The position numbers and the translations under genes are program-made. Shown here in pieces: positions 38,790 to 48,519 of a DNA stretch of 64,000 bases. Origin of the DNA: an uncultured bacterium (GTDB lineage: Bacteria; Acidobacteriota; HRBIN11; JAKEFK01). The stretch's first letter is position 1, and every line of letters begins with the position of its first letter. Location of the stretch: the NCBI GenBank assembly GCA_963843285.1, contig CAWJJO010000017.1:65881-129880 (forward strand). Reading direction: 5' to 3'. The notes below the pieces were generated by a model. That model searched no databases. It was not told the DNA's origin and saw only the letters and a program-made list of their open reading frames with translations.

Positions 38790-38837
38790 AACGAATCGAA
38801 CCTTCCTCATATTGTAGCGTATGTTATCCTCAGAATT

Positions 38838-40166
38838 ATGAATGATGAAAAGGCCCCTGCCCTGACGCGACTTCAGTGGTTGATTTGTGTTGTCGCATCG
38901 CTCGGTTTTGCGTTTGATATCTATGAACTCCTGATGTTACCGCTGATCTTAAGACCTGCGTTGTCGGAACTCGGTAAGATCCAGCTGGGCAGTCCTGAAT
39001 TCGCCGCCTGGCGCGATATGATGTTTTATGTCCCCGCTATTTGCGGTGGAATCTTTGGATTGCTGGGTGGGTATCTAACAGACCGGCTTGGGCGCCGCCG
39101 GATCCTGGTTTGGTCGATTCTGATTTACGGCTTTTCTGCGTTTGCTGCCGGCTTTACAACTTCTCTGACGTGGCTCCTGATTTTTAGATGCACCACTTTC
39201 ATTGGAGTGTGCGTCGAATTTGTCGCTGCGGTTGCCTGGCTTGCCGAACTCTTCCCGCATCCCAAACAACGGGAGTCCGTTCTTGGATACACGCAGGCAT
39301 TTTCCTCTCTTGGAGGTTTGCTGGTTACAGGCGCTTATTATCTCGCGGTTACATACGGAGATTCGTTGCCTGCGATTCATGGCGCTCATCAAGCATGGCG
39401 GTATACGTTGATCTCAGGTGTAATCCCCGCGATTCCGCTGATACTCATTCGTCCTTTCTTGCCGGAATCCACAACGTGGGCAAAGAAAAAGGCGGAAGGA
39501 ACACTTCAGCGGCCCAGTTTTTCCGAATTGTTCCGTCCGGAATTTCGAAAGACGACGCTGATTACGACATTGATGTTTGCGTGCAGTTACGGTGCCGCGT
39601 TTGGAGCGATTCAGCATCTTCCACAAATCGTTCCAGGAATTCCGGAAGTATCTGCATTGCCCAAGCCGCAGCAACAACAAATCGTCAGCTCGGTTCAGCT
39701 CTTCCAGGAAACCGGCGGACTCTTAGGGCGGTTCATGCTGGCATTTCTCGCGATCCGGATCTTGAGTCGGCAAAAATTGTTGCGTGTCTTTCAGATTCCT
39801 GGTTTAGTTCTGATTCCCCTGGTCTTTATATTCCCGGCGGTCAGAGATGTGGGCACTCTGCGCATTGGTGTTTTTCTTGCGGGTATGTTGACGGTCGGTC
39901 AATTCAGTTTTTGGGGAAACTATCTTCCGCGCGTCTATCCGACTCATTTGCGGGGAACCGGCGAAAGCTTTGCGGCAAATATTGGCGGGCGCATGATCGG
40001 TACGTCTGCCGCGCTGCTGACCACTCAGCTGTCGAAGTTTGTACCTGGGAATAGCCCGGCTACCAAACTCGCCTATTCCGCTGCAGGTGTTGCACTACTG
40101 GTATATGCGGTCGGTCTCTTACTCAGTTTTCGGCTTCCAGAGCCGAAGCAAGAATTGCCGGACTGA
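38838..40166 (+). CDS. MFS transporter
   Basis: ATG at 38838 (MNDEKAPALTRLQW). It has 12 predicted TM helices and the loop motif DRLGRRR. The track ORF from 38409 is antisense to the methyltransferase and is not used. Confidence 0.85.
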   Translation: MNDEKAPALTRLQWLICVVASLGFAFDIYELLMLPLILRPALSELGKIQLGSPEFAAWRDMMFYVPAICGGIFGLLGGYLTDRLGRRRILVWSILIYGFSAFAAGFTTSLTWLLIFRCTTFIGVCVEFVAAVAWLAELFPHPKQRESVLGYTQAFSSLGGLLVTGAYYLAVTYGDSLPAIHGAHQAWRYTLISGVIPAIPLILIRPFLPESTTWAKKKAEGTLQRPSFSELFRPEFRKTTLITTLMFACSYGAAFGAIQHLPQIVPGIPEVSALPKPQQQQIVSSVQLFQETGGLLGRFMLAFLAIRILSRQKLLRVFQIPGLVLIPLVFIFPAVRDVGTLRIGVFLAGMLTVGQFSFWGNYLPRVYPTHLRGTGESFAANIGGRMIGTSAALLTTQLSKFVPGNSPATKLAYSAAGVALLVYAVGLLLSFRLPEPKQELPD

Positions 40167-40174
40167 TGCCCGAA

Positions 40175-41374
40175 TCACTCGCGCTTGTTCAGGAGCGATT
40201 CCACCATTTCAACCGGCAAGCGAGTCACGCGGTAGATCGTCTTTCGTTTCCCTTTTTTTATCTCAGGATACCAGTATTCCCATACAATATTTTTTGCGTG
40301 TGTGACCTCAAAAAAATGACCGCTGTTGGCTTCGCAGATCAATGTATTCCCGTTGGGGAGGCGCTGTGCCGAACCCTGCCAGGGAGAGAAGAAAGAGGAC
40401 TGGGGAGATCCCCGATATTCCCAGACGATATTTCCGGTTACGGGCTCGATTTCGAGGATTCTGGAATACTTGCGCCGTGTCCCGTTGTCGAAGATCAGCA
40501 TAGTTCCGGTGTCCAGCAGGATAGGCAGATGCGGTCCATCTAATTGTATAGATGGTAACGACCAGACGATATCCCAGGTACTTCGATCCAGGATCGCAAT
40601 CAGGTTTGTGTTTCTGGAACAGATCAGCACGTTTCCAGCCTGAAACCTGCGGTCTCGTTTTCCCAGTTCCGTTTCCGGCAGGAGCTTCACTGTGTTCATG
40701 TGATAGTAACTGTAAGATTGATTTTTCAAGGTTTTGGCGGGCGGAGTATCCAGAGGTGAGGGGGGGTGAAACTGTTTTAGCTTTTCCAGATTCAAGAAAG
40801 TCGACCACCTTTCATTCAACGGCTTGCCCTGATCCGACAAGCGGACGATAGTATCAAAAATCACTCTGCGCGACTGGTACATTACCGGCTCCTCGCCGAC
40901 GAGAGTTAGAAGGGAACCATCCGGCATAATCTCGATCTCGTGATGTACCCGCATCGCTGTTCGCCAGAGAAGATTGGAATCCCAATCCAGCTTTACAATC
41001 CCGGTGCTTTCACACTCGATCAATAGATCACCGCTGTCTGTTAGTGTGGCGTACTCGCAGCCCTTCGCACGCCGCACCTTCCAGGTACGTATTGCTCTTC
41101 CTGAAAGATCCTGGAGGTAAACCTCATCCTGATGGTTTGTGAAGAGGTTGTATCCGGGGCTTGCGGCATCGAGGTCATACTTCGTCACCCCGGACTGTTT
41201 CAAATTCGCGTTGTTCTCGCTCCACTGCGTGTAAGGTAAAGCACGAAGAGCCTCGATCCCATCTCCGGAAAGCTCTCCGGATGTAGCGGAACGAGCATTT
41301 GCGCGGTTCCAAACAATGTACAACCCTGCAGCCAGAATGATCACCGCTGCCGATCCCACATACCACTTCTTCAT
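40175..41374 (-). CDS. Membrane-anchored beta-propeller protein, arylsulfotransferase (ASST)-like
   Basis: N-terminal TM helix. Sequences such as HHEIEIMPDGSLL and LPNGNTLICEANSGHFFEV resemble ASST-family propellers. The call is tentative. Confidence 0.45.
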   Translation of the reverse strand: MKKWYVGSAAVIILAAGLYIVWNRANARSATSGELSGDGIEALRALPYTQWSENNANLKQSGVTKYDLDAASPGYNLFTNHQDEVYLQDLSGRAIRTWKVRRAKGCEYATLTDSGDLLIECESTGIVKLDWDSNLLWRTAMRVHHEIEIMPDGSLLTLVGEEPVMYQSRRVIFDTIVRLSDQGKPLNERWSTFLNLEKLKQFHPPSPLDTPPAKTLKNQSYSYYHMNTVKLLPETELGKRDRRFQAGNVLICSRNTNLIAILDRSTWDIVWSLPSIQLDGPHLPILLDTGTMLIFDNGTRRKYSRILEIEPVTGNIVWEYRGSPQSSFFSPWQGSAQRLPNGNTLICEANSGHFFEVTHAKNIVWEYWYPEIKKGKRKTIYRVTRLPVEMVESLLNKRE

Positions 41375-41472
41375 CGCTTTTCCACCAGAAATTGTCTAGT
41401 GTAGCAGATCGTCAAACATTTCTGTGATCCGGAAACGCACGAAACTGGTGTGGTAAAATAGCAAACCTTATT

Positions 41473-43164
41473 ATGGAACCCGAAACTCAACTGAAAACAG
41501 ATTTCATCCGCGAAATTGTCGATGAAGATAACGCCACCGGGCGGTATGAAAGACGTGTGCATACGCGTTTTCCTCCCGAGCCAAACGGATATCTGCACAT
41601 CGGCCACGCGAAATCGATCAATCTGAATTTTGGAATTGCGCGCGACTACAACGGCAAAACAAATCTCCGGTTTGACGATACGAATCCGCTCAAGGAAGAA
41701 CAGGAATATATCGATTCAATCAAGCGCGATGTGAAATGGCTCGGGTTTGATTGGGAAGACCGCGAGTTTTATGCCTCCGATTATTTCGAACAACTTCACG
41801 AGTGGGCGGTCCAATTAATCAAAGATGGAAAGGCCTACGTTTGCGATCTGACTGCCGATCAGATTCGCGAATATCGAGGCACTCTGACCGAACCGGGAAA
41901 GGAAAGTCCGTACCGCAATCGGAGCATGGAAGAAAATCTGAACCTGTTTGACCGCATGAAATCAGGCGAATTTCCGGACGGCTCGCGTGTCCTTCGCGCA
42001 AAAATCGATATGGCGTCGCCAAATCTGAATCTGCGCGACCCTGTACTCTACCGCATCTTGCACGCGACTCATCCAAGGACGGGTGATCAGTGGTGTATCT
42101 ATCCCATGTATGACTGGGCTCACGGTCAAAGTGACTCGATCGAAAAAATCACGCATTCCATTTGCACTCTGGAGTTTGAGGATCACCGTCCGCTCTATGA
42201 CTGGTTCATCGATCAACTGGGCATCCATCATCCGCGGCAGATTGAATTTGCGCGCCTCAACATGACTTACACCATCATGAGCAAGCGAAAATTGCTGGAG
42301 CTCGTCAACAGCAAAATCGTAAACGGATGGGATGATCCGCGAATGCCAACACTTTCCGGTATGCGGCGCAGAGGCTACACGCCAGAAGCGATTCGGACTT
42401 TTTGCGATACGCTCGGTGTCAGCAAGAGTGAAGGAATCGTGGACTTTTCATATCTGGAATATTGTTTGCGCGAAGACCTCAACAAACGCGCGCCGCGAGC
42501 CATGGCAGTGCTCAAGCCGCTGAAAGTCGTGATCGAGAATTATCCGGAAGATGATGTGGAAATGCTGGATTGCGTCAACAATCCGGAAGATGCTTCCGCC
42601 GGAACACGTCAGGTCCCATTCTCCCGCGTTCTCTTCATCGAACAGGACGATTTTCGCGAAGATCCGCCAAAACAATTCTATCGACTGTCACCCGGTCGTG
42701 AAGTGCGTTTGCGCTATGCTTACTTTCTTACCTGCAAAGAAGTGATCAAGGACGCCGCCACCGGCCGGATCACAGAGTTACGCTGTACTTATGATCCTGC
42801 AACCAGAGGCGGAGATGCGCCGGACGGCAGAAAAGTGAAAGCAACGCTTCACTGGGTGTCTGCGGCTCAGGCACTTGCAGCTGAAGTCCGCCTGTACAAC
42901 CATCTATTCACGAAGCCGAATGCGGACGACACCGAAGAGGGAAAAGACTTCAAAGCCAATCTCAATCCTGAATCGCTGGAAGTTTTGCGGGACTGCATGC
43001 TGGAACCCTCGTTGAAAAACGCGAACCCGGGAGATGTCTATCAGTTCGAACGTCAAGGGTACTTCTGTATGGATCCGGACACGACCGCCGCCAAACCGGT
43101 TTTCAACCGGACTGTAACCCTGAAAGATACCTGGGCCAAGATCGAGAAAAAGCAAAAAGGGTAG
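41473..43164 (+). CDS. glnS: Glutamine--tRNA ligase
   Basis: [18 protein letters not shown] (HIGH), IMSKRK (KMSKS), and a GlnRS-type C-terminal anticodon-binding domain. Confidence 0.95.
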   Translation: MEPETQLKTDFIREIVDEDNATGRYERRVHTRFPPEPNGYLHIGHAKSINLNFGIARDYNGKTNLRFDDTNPLKEEQEYIDSIKRDVKWLGFDWEDREFYASDYFEQLHEWAVQLIKDGKAYVCDLTADQIREYRGTLTEPGKESPYRNRSMEENLNLFDRMKSGEFPDGSRVLRAKIDMASPNLNLRDPVLYRILHATHPRTGDQWCIYPMYDWAHGQSDSIEKITHSICTLEFEDHRPLYDWFIDQLGIHHPRQIEFARLNMTYTIMSKRKLLELVNSKIVNGWDDPRMPTLSGMRRRGYTPEAIRTFCDTLGVSKSEGIVDFSYLEYCLREDLNKRAPRAMAVLKPLKVVIENYPEDDVEMLDCVNNPEDASAGTRQVPFSRVLFIEQDDFREDPPKQFYRLSPGREVRLRYAYFLTCKEVIKDAATGRITELRCTYDPATRGGDAPDGRKVKATLHWVSAAQALAAEVRLYNHLFTKPNADDTEEGKDFKANLNPESLEVLRDCMLEPSLKNANPGDVYQFERQGYFCMDPDTTAAKPVFNRTVTLKDTWAKIEKKQKG

Positions 43165-43170
43165 GCTGGA

Positions 43171-43195
43171 ACCACGGAGACACAGAGGCACGGAG
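43171..43195 (+). repeat. 25-nt dispersed repeat, copy 2
   Basis: ACCACGGAGACACAGAGGCACGGAG sits shortly after the glnS stop and just before the next gene. 22 of 25 nt are identical to 6993..7017. Confidence 0.7.
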
Positions 43196-43197
43196 GC

Positions 43198-44163
43198 TTG
43201 AAAGTCGTTGTCTTCTTCTACTTGACCTTCACCGTGTGCTTTATGACAGGAGCGCAGCCTATCGTCGCGCAATCGCAATCTGAGCCTACGGATTTTCATG
43301 AAGAAGTCGATGTCACACTCGTCAACGTGTACCTGACGGCTACGGATTCCGCTGGAAATTTCGTTTCGGATCTCAAACCTGAAGAATTGATCTTGAAAGA
43401 TGAGGGAGTCATCCAATCGATTTCCTACTTTGGCGATCTTGCTGCGGAAGACAGCAGCATTCCCGTTGTTGTAGTTCTGCTGGCGGATAACAGCACGAGC
43501 ATGAACGAGACATTCCACGGGACTCGCAAAATCGACATTGTGAAGAATGCAGGATCTCTGATCCTGAACGAGCTCAGAAGCCAGGATCAAATGCTTGTGG
43601 TTGGTTTTGATCGGACTCCCGATTTCGTGTTCGGGCCGTCCTCCAGTAAAGCCGAACTCAGAGACGCCATCAATTCCCTGAAAGTCGAATACAATCCGAC
43701 TGCGCTGTTTGACGCACTGGATTTTTCGATCCGGAAAGTCAAAGAGGAAGAGGGACGAAAACTGATCGTCATTTGCTCGGATGGACAGGACAATGCAAGC
43801 AGTCTTCGCCTGGAGCGAGTCAAGGACGAAACTCGCGCTGCGACAGACATCATGATTGTTGCCCTGGGGACCATCTACTACGATTCACCAGTGTCCTGGT
43901 TTGGCGCGGAAGAAGACCTTCGCCGCGGGAAAGATAACCTCATTTCACTCGCGGACATTACAGGAGGGTTCACTTTCTTCCCTTCGAAAACGGAAGAACT
44001 CAAACAAGCGATGGATACTCTGCAGCGATTAATTCGCAGGCAGTACACCCTTGCCTATAGTCCATCGGAAAAGAAAAAGGATGGTTCCTGGCGAAAGATC
44101 GAAATTCTCTGCAATCGTCCTGGAGTGAAATTGCGATACCGCTTAGGCTATTACGCTAAATGA
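43198..44163 (+). CDS. Secreted VWA domain protein (VWFA-related, Acidobacteria-type)
   Basis: TTG start (uncertain), a signal peptide, and the MIDAS motif LLADNSTSM. Confidence 0.8.
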   Translation: MKVVVFFYLTFTVCFMTGAQPIVAQSQSEPTDFHEEVDVTLVNVYLTATDSAGNFVSDLKPEELILKDEGVIQSISYFGDLAAEDSSIPVVVVLLADNSTSMNETFHGTRKIDIVKNAGSLILNELRSQDQMLVVGFDRTPDFVFGPSSSKAELRDAINSLKVEYNPTALFDALDFSIRKVKEEEGRKLIVICSDGQDNASSLRLERVKDETRAATDIMIVALGTIYYDSPVSWFGAEEDLRRGKDNLISLADITGGFTFFPSKTEELKQAMDTLQRLIRRQYTLAYSPSEKKKDGSWRKIEILCNRPGVKLRYRLGYYAK

Positions 44164-44171
44164 GGGATTCT

Positions 44172-44220
44172 GCAGGCAAGATGCCTGCGGTCCATAATGC
44201 AGGCTGGAAGCCTGCGCTCC
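44172..44220. repeat. REP-like composite (two hairpins)
   Basis: GCAGGCA-aga-TGCCTGC (44172..44188) and GCAGGCT-gga-AGCCTGC (44199..44215), followed by GCTCC. The first half, including the linker GGTCCATAATGC, recurs inverted at 47292..47320. Confidence 0.75.
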
Positions 44221-44259
44221 AAGTTTGCAAAGTATTATAATTTGATCCTGGAGTTTTCA

Positions 44260-44799
44260 ATGGAAGAAAAAGCGACGTTTGGTTCCGGATGTTTCTGGTG
44301 TACCGAAGCGGTTTTTCAACGGGTTCGCGGAGTGAAAAGTGTTGCGTCCGGTTATGCCGGAGGTCATGTTCCCAAGCCTACATATCATCAGGTCTGCGGG
44401 GGAAATACCGGTCATGCAGAAGTGGTTCAAATCACCTACGACCCATCACAGGTGAATTATGCGGATCTGCTTGAGATCTTCTGGAAAACTCATGACCCGA
44501 CCACGCTCAACCAGCAGGGAAATGATTTCGGAACGCAGTACAGGTCGGTGATCTTTACACACAACGAAGAACAACTGAAACTTGCCGGCGAGTACAAAAA
44601 GAAACTGAACGAAGCTGGAATTTGGAAGGATCCAATCGTGACTGAGATCACATCGTTTTCAAATTTCTATACGGCTGAAAAATATCATCAGGATTATTAC
44701 AATCAGAATTCCAACCAGCCGTATTGCCGGTTTGTGATCGTTCCGAAGCTGGAAAAATTCAAAGCCGTCTTCAAGGACAAACTGGTCTCAACTACCTGA
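44260..44799 (+). CDS. msrA: Peptide methionine (S)-S-oxide reductase MsrA
   Basis: ATG at 44260. Active site GSGCFWC, plus GHAEVVQITYDP. Confidence 0.95.
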   Translation: MEEKATFGSGCFWCTEAVFQRVRGVKSVASGYAGGHVPKPTYHQVCGGNTGHAEVVQITYDPSQVNYADLLEIFWKTHDPTTLNQQGNDFGTQYRSVIFTHNEEQLKLAGEYKKKLNEAGIWKDPIVTEITSFSNFYTAEKYHQDYYNQNSNQPYCRFVIVPKLEKFKAVFKDKLVSTT

Positions 44800-45324
44800 G
44801 CTCTGTTTCGGCAGAAATTCCGCCGGGATCGGATTTCCCTCACGTTCTCGATCCCAAAGAGAGGCAACGATCCACCAGCGATTGCCGGCAAAGACAAGCT
44901 CGATCGAGTTCACGCCTCGCGCAATGATCGGACCATCGGGTGTGCTGCGCGCTTCGTATGTGCTGAAAACATGCGTGACTTTGCCATAGCTGCGCGTGAC
45001 CCGGTGGATTTCGCGCTCGAAGAAACCGGAAGCCAGGATTGGTTCGGCGCGCTGGATGTATTGTTTGAGATCCAGAACCAGGGCGTACGGACCCGAGTCC
45101 GGATTCACTCCCGATGGGCCAAACAATGCGCCCGGAGCATAGAGTGAACGATCGCGCTCCCAATCACGCGGCTGACCGGCCGGTCCCGAAATTACATCGT
45201 AAAAAGCATTCAAAATGCCGTCCAGTGTCGATACATCTTCAGAACGCGCTGGTATTTTCAGATGTTCCAGATCTACAAATTCGCCCATGTCCTGGCTATG
45301 ATAGCATGGGAAAACTGTCGTCAT
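44788..45324 (-). CDS. Hypothetical protein, NTF2/SnoaL-like (DUF4440-like)
   Basis: Track ORF. LNAFYDVISG...GNRWWIVASLW is reminiscent of NTF2-like folds. It overlaps the msrA 3-prime end by 12 nt (convergent). Confidence 0.45.
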   Translation of the reverse strand: MTTVFPCYHSQDMGEFVDLEHLKIPARSEDVSTLDGILNAFYDVISGPAGQPRDWERDRSLYAPGALFGPSGVNPDSGPYALVLDLKQYIQRAEPILASGFFEREIHRVTRSYGKVTHVFSTYEARSTPDGPIIARGVNSIELVFAGNRWWIVASLWDREREGNPIPAEFLPKQSSGS

Positions 45325-45452
45325 GCGAGAGATTCTGGAAAACTGGCAAGTTGCGGCTTTGATCGTTTTTCTCTACATGACGGGGATGGTTCCTGATCAC
45401 GCTGATTCGCCGTCGAAACGATCTCGCAGACGTCGCATGGGGGGCGGCGCGG

Positions 45453-45477
45453 TTCATCCTTCATCCTTCATCCTTCC
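45453..45477. repeat. Heptamer tandem repeat (TTCATCC)x3
   Basis: TTCATCCTTCATCCTTCATCCTTCC. Its reverse complement CGGAAGGATGAAGGATGAAGG recurs at 61278..61298. It contains the stop codon of the 45454..47244 gene (...GRMKDEG*). Confidence 0.75.
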
Positions 45478-47244
45478 GGTGTGGCCCCAGTTTACGGGGA
45501 AGAAGCCCATGCCTCTAGCCATCGAGTTCGGCACGCAGAAGTAGGTCATCGAGATCGGCGGGTTGTATCCGCCCTTTCGGGGAAACGGATAGATGGTGCG
45601 CGTGTGTGTGCAGTACCGGGACAGGATTGCGTAGCCTCCCAGAGAAGCGCAAATACGCCAACTATGCCGTCCAAAAGAATCCGTTCCGTAAACCGGTCGC
45701 AATCCCTGTCCTGAAAGTTCGTGAACATAACGAAAGCCTGCATGATAGGTATTCCATCCGGTGGCCAGCAGATCGGGATCGTTCAGAGCTGACTCTTCGG
45801 TGAAAATGACGATGATTCCGGCGTCGCAATATTGCCGGAAGACATCCACGACGCGTTCGTTGGTTTGTCCGCGGACTTCGTGAAAGCCGTTTCCCACAAA
45901 CATCACCGCATTCTCAGTTGGAAATCCTGCCGACCGAATGGCATCAATGATCGTAGCAGGATGTCCGATATCGGCTCTGCGAATGAAAATCATGTTCTGC
46001 GGCAAGGCGCCCTGTTTCTGCAACTCGATTGCGCGATCGATGGCAGCATCTTCCAGATCCGCTCCAAAATACTGCAACCCTTCTCCCTCTTTTTGCATTC
46101 GTTGCCGTGTTGCTTCTCCGTGACCCAGAGCATGTTCAACGAACACCCCGCATTGAAAATGATTTTCTTTTGCGAAACGGTCGAAGGCATCATTTGCCAT
46201 CTGAAATGTCTTGCGGTTTGCATCCTGACTGGCCGCAATATTTTTTCCCCTCTGGACCCACGTTGCCGCCTGCATTCCAGACAACTTTGCCGCCAGGACC
46301 CGCATGTAAGGCACATACGCATGAATGATTCCGAACGGACCCGGTCCGCGTTGCAGTACACGGGCTCCCAGGATTGTCAATCTTCCAGTGCGTCCGGTCA
46401 TCCCCGCGTTCTTGAGCAGCCGTTTCATTTCCGGCATCAATGACGGGATTGCTTCGAATAGATTCGCACCTTCTTCGCGTGGGGCTTTCACAGCGTGCAA
46501 CGCAAGGACCAGCGGCAGCAAGCGGTATCCCGTTTCGATTTGAAACTCGGTGGGAGGCCAGTCTTTTTGCGGACCCTGTTGTTGAGAATATTGGAGAAAC
46601 TCCGCGATCAATTCCCGCCGGCGCTGTGAAATTCGTCTGCCGCTCAATAAGGCTGTCATGGGATCCGCCATATCTGTAAGAAAGCAATCCGGAATGGGAG
46701 ACGCTTTACGAAAAACAAATAAGGCTTGTGGATTGTCGGCAACAATGTATCTGTGCTGTCTCAATGTGAGCAGCCCGCGCGAATGCAGGAGGGAAAGATC
46801 GGAATGCAAGTGTTGCGGATTCAGGCCATGTTCGGCCATCGTGATTCCCTTGCCGTGCAAGAGTAAGTTCACTAAACCCAACTGCGCGTGCAGGCCAATC
46901 ACATGTTTGAGAATCCAGAGATCCGGCGGAGCGCAGACAGAAGCGCTATACACAATGTTGCGCAGAACCTGCAATACCCTCAGGATCTGGCGATGCTCGG
47001 ATTCGGTGAATTGTTTTCGGCCGTTCAGCTTTCTTTCCGAGCTTCGAATCCAGATCAGGAGGGCTTCAGCATCGCGGAACAGATGCGGGACATGCTGCAG
47101 GAATAACCGGAAGGAACCCTCAGATATGTAGGGAAATCCCGAGCTGCTTAATGTCGACTTTCCCGTCAGAATCCGGATCAGGAAATGTCTTTGCGGATGT
47201 TCTGGAACCACTTCCTGAATGCGTTTCGCCAGAGAAGACCGCAT
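45454..47244 (-). CDS. Large class I methyltransferase-like protein with an N-terminal wHTH-like region
   Basis: ATG at 47244 (MRSSLAKRIQ). The track start at 47295 lies inside a REP element. SAM-fold motifs: VFVEHALGHGE (motif I, AxGxG), YFGADLED (acidic loop), MFVGNGFHEV. The N-terminal 300 aa has wHTH-like segments (LSLLHSRGLLTLRQHRYIV). Family not recognised. Confidence 0.45.
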   Translation of the reverse strand: MRSSLAKRIQEVVPEHPQRHFLIRILTGKSTLSSSGFPYISEGSFRLFLQHVPHLFRDAEALLIWIRSSERKLNGRKQFTESEHRQILRVLQVLRNIVYSASVCAPPDLWILKHVIGLHAQLGLVNLLLHGKGITMAEHGLNPQHLHSDLSLLHSRGLLTLRQHRYIVADNPQALFVFRKASPIPDCFLTDMADPMTALLSGRRISQRRRELIAEFLQYSQQQGPQKDWPPTEFQIETGYRLLPLVLALHAVKAPREEGANLFEAIPSLMPEMKRLLKNAGMTGRTGRLTILGARVLQRGPGPFGIIHAYVPYMRVLAAKLSGMQAATWVQRGKNIAASQDANRKTFQMANDAFDRFAKENHFQCGVFVEHALGHGEATRQRMQKEGEGLQYFGADLEDAAIDRAIELQKQGALPQNMIFIRRADIGHPATIIDAIRSAGFPTENAVMFVGNGFHEVRGQTNERVVDVFRQYCDAGIIVIFTEESALNDPDLLATGWNTYHAGFRYVHELSGQGLRPVYGTDSFGRHSWRICASLGGYAILSRYCTHTRTIYPFPRKGGYNPPISMTYFCVPNSMARGMGFFPVNWGHTGRMKDEG

Positions 47245-47269
47245 GACGCTATGATACACCTCGGGGCGT

Positions 47270-47320
47270 GGAGCCGCGGGCCTCCGTGCCCGCATTATGG
47301 ACCGCAGGCATCTTGCCTGC
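47270..47320. repeat. REP-like composite (two hairpins), inverted relative to 44172..44220
   Basis: GGAGCC-GCGGGC-ctccgt-GCCCGC (47270..47293), then ATTATGGACC, then GCAGGCA-tct-TGCCTGC (47304..47320). Confidence 0.75.
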
Positions 47321-47325
47321 GCGAA

Positions 47326-48465
47326 TTAGCTTGCGCAGAAAGTGCGGGTTGCGTCGATTACTACGTCCCTGCAAACAAGTACTTCTTCGACGCGGACATA
47401 TTCTTCCAGTCCATGAATCCCGGCGCCACCGGGTCCAAAGATTACCGATGGAATTCCGGCCTGTGCCAGAATTGCCGCGTCCGTCCAAAAAGTCATTCCT
47501 GAACTTTTTACCGGACGATTTCGACGACCCAATTCCGCCTGCAGAATTGTTGGCAAATGATTGTTCTTCGAAATTTCATAGGGTGGTTGTCCGAATAAAA
47601 ACCGGGCATGAGCGCTGAATTCCGGATCTTCAGTTCTGAGCCGTTCCAAAATCTGGTGGACTTCCTGAAGCGCAGTCTCCGATGTTTCTCCGCTGATGGT
47701 CCGGCGCTCAAGCTGGAGCGTACAGTGGTCAGGATAGGTGCTCAGCTCACGACCTCCGGTGATCAAAGACGCATGCAAAGATGCATTTCCTAAGAGCGGG
47801 TGAGCGGGTTTTGATTGAAGGTCTCGATTCAGCGATTCAAGACCGGCGAGAACGCGTCCCATTCTGAGAATTGCATCCCGTCCTTCCAAGGGCCTGCTTC
47901 CATGCGCAGCGATTCCATCCGTATTGATCTCCACCCAGGAAAATCCTTTGTGCGCGATCCCGATTTCGAGATCAGTCGGCTCCAGCACAAACGCACCGTC
48001 TGCGTTCCATCTTTTGATGACTGCTGCAGCGCCAATGCTTGCGTATTCTTCATCCGCAACTGCGGCAACAATCACACGTCCGGCCGCCAGCCCCGAGTTT
48101 GCAATTGAACGGGCGGCCGCAATCATGGATGCGACGCCGCCTTTCATATCTGCAGAACCGCGGCCATACAACCGGCCATCACGCTCCACCGGATCAAACG
48201 GCGCTTCCATTCCAACTACGGCGACCGTATCCAGATGTCCGCAATACATCAGCGAACGGCCGGGCGAGCGGCCTTCCAGAACACCGATGACATTCGGACG
48301 CCCCGGGGCCGCTTCTTCTATTTCCACGTCCAGACCGATCTTGCGAAGTTCAGCAGCAACCGCATTGGCGATCTCGCTTTCCCCAGCGCCTCCGGGTACG
48401 AGCGATGGATTTACCGAATCGATCGCAATCAAATCACGAAGCAGCTCGATCGCATAATCACTCAT
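47326..48465 (-). CDS. M20 family metallohydrolase (ArgE/DapE-like deacylase)
   Basis: LIAIDSVNPS...GHLDTV...GRGSADMKGG...ADEE are typical M20 metal-ligand contexts. Confidence 0.85.
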   Translation of the reverse strand: MSDYAIELLRDLIAIDSVNPSLVPGGAGESEIANAVAAELRKIGLDVEIEEAAPGRPNVIGVLEGRSPGRSLMYCGHLDTVAVVGMEAPFDPVERDGRLYGRGSADMKGGVASMIAAARSIANSGLAAGRVIVAAVADEEYASIGAAAVIKRWNADGAFVLEPTDLEIGIAHKGFSWVEINTDGIAAHGSRPLEGRDAILRMGRVLAGLESLNRDLQSKPAHPLLGNASLHASLITGGRELSTYPDHCTLQLERRTISGETSETALQEVHQILERLRTEDPEFSAHARFLFGQPPYEISKNNHLPTILQAELGRRNRPVKSSGMTFWTDAAILAQAGIPSVIFGPGGAGIHGLEEYVRVEEVLVCRDVVIDATRTFCAS

Positions 48466-48519
48466 GTCATTCTCCTATTCTCCGCGTTTTTCACGCTCTC
48501 CGCGTTTCAATTCCGAACT

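Noticed and set aside
38409-38837. N-terminal 143 aa of the 585-aa track ORF preceding the MFS transporter.
   Set aside because: It is antisense to the well-supported methyltransferase gene. The MFS homology and the first TM helix begin after the ATG at 38838.
39188-40054. 288-aa alternative-frame ORF inside the MFS transporter gene.
   Set aside because: It is on the same strand but out of frame, is rich in Arg/Ser/Cys, and has no motifs. The MFS frame shows 12 TM helices.
42904-43590. 228-aa minus-strand ORF spanning the glnS 3-prime end and the VWA gene 5-prime end.
   Set aside because: It overlaps two well-supported plus-strand genes and the repeat element between them. It has no motifs.
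45832-46443. 203-aa plus-strand ORF, and several others at 46029..47131, opposite the methyltransferase-like gene.
   Set aside because: They are antisense, low-complexity ORFs. The minus-strand frame carries the SAM-fold motifs.
47924-48457. 177-aa plus-strand ORF opposite the M20 gene.
   Set aside because: It is an Ala/Ser/Pro-rich antisense artefact. The M20 frame has the metal-ligand motifs.
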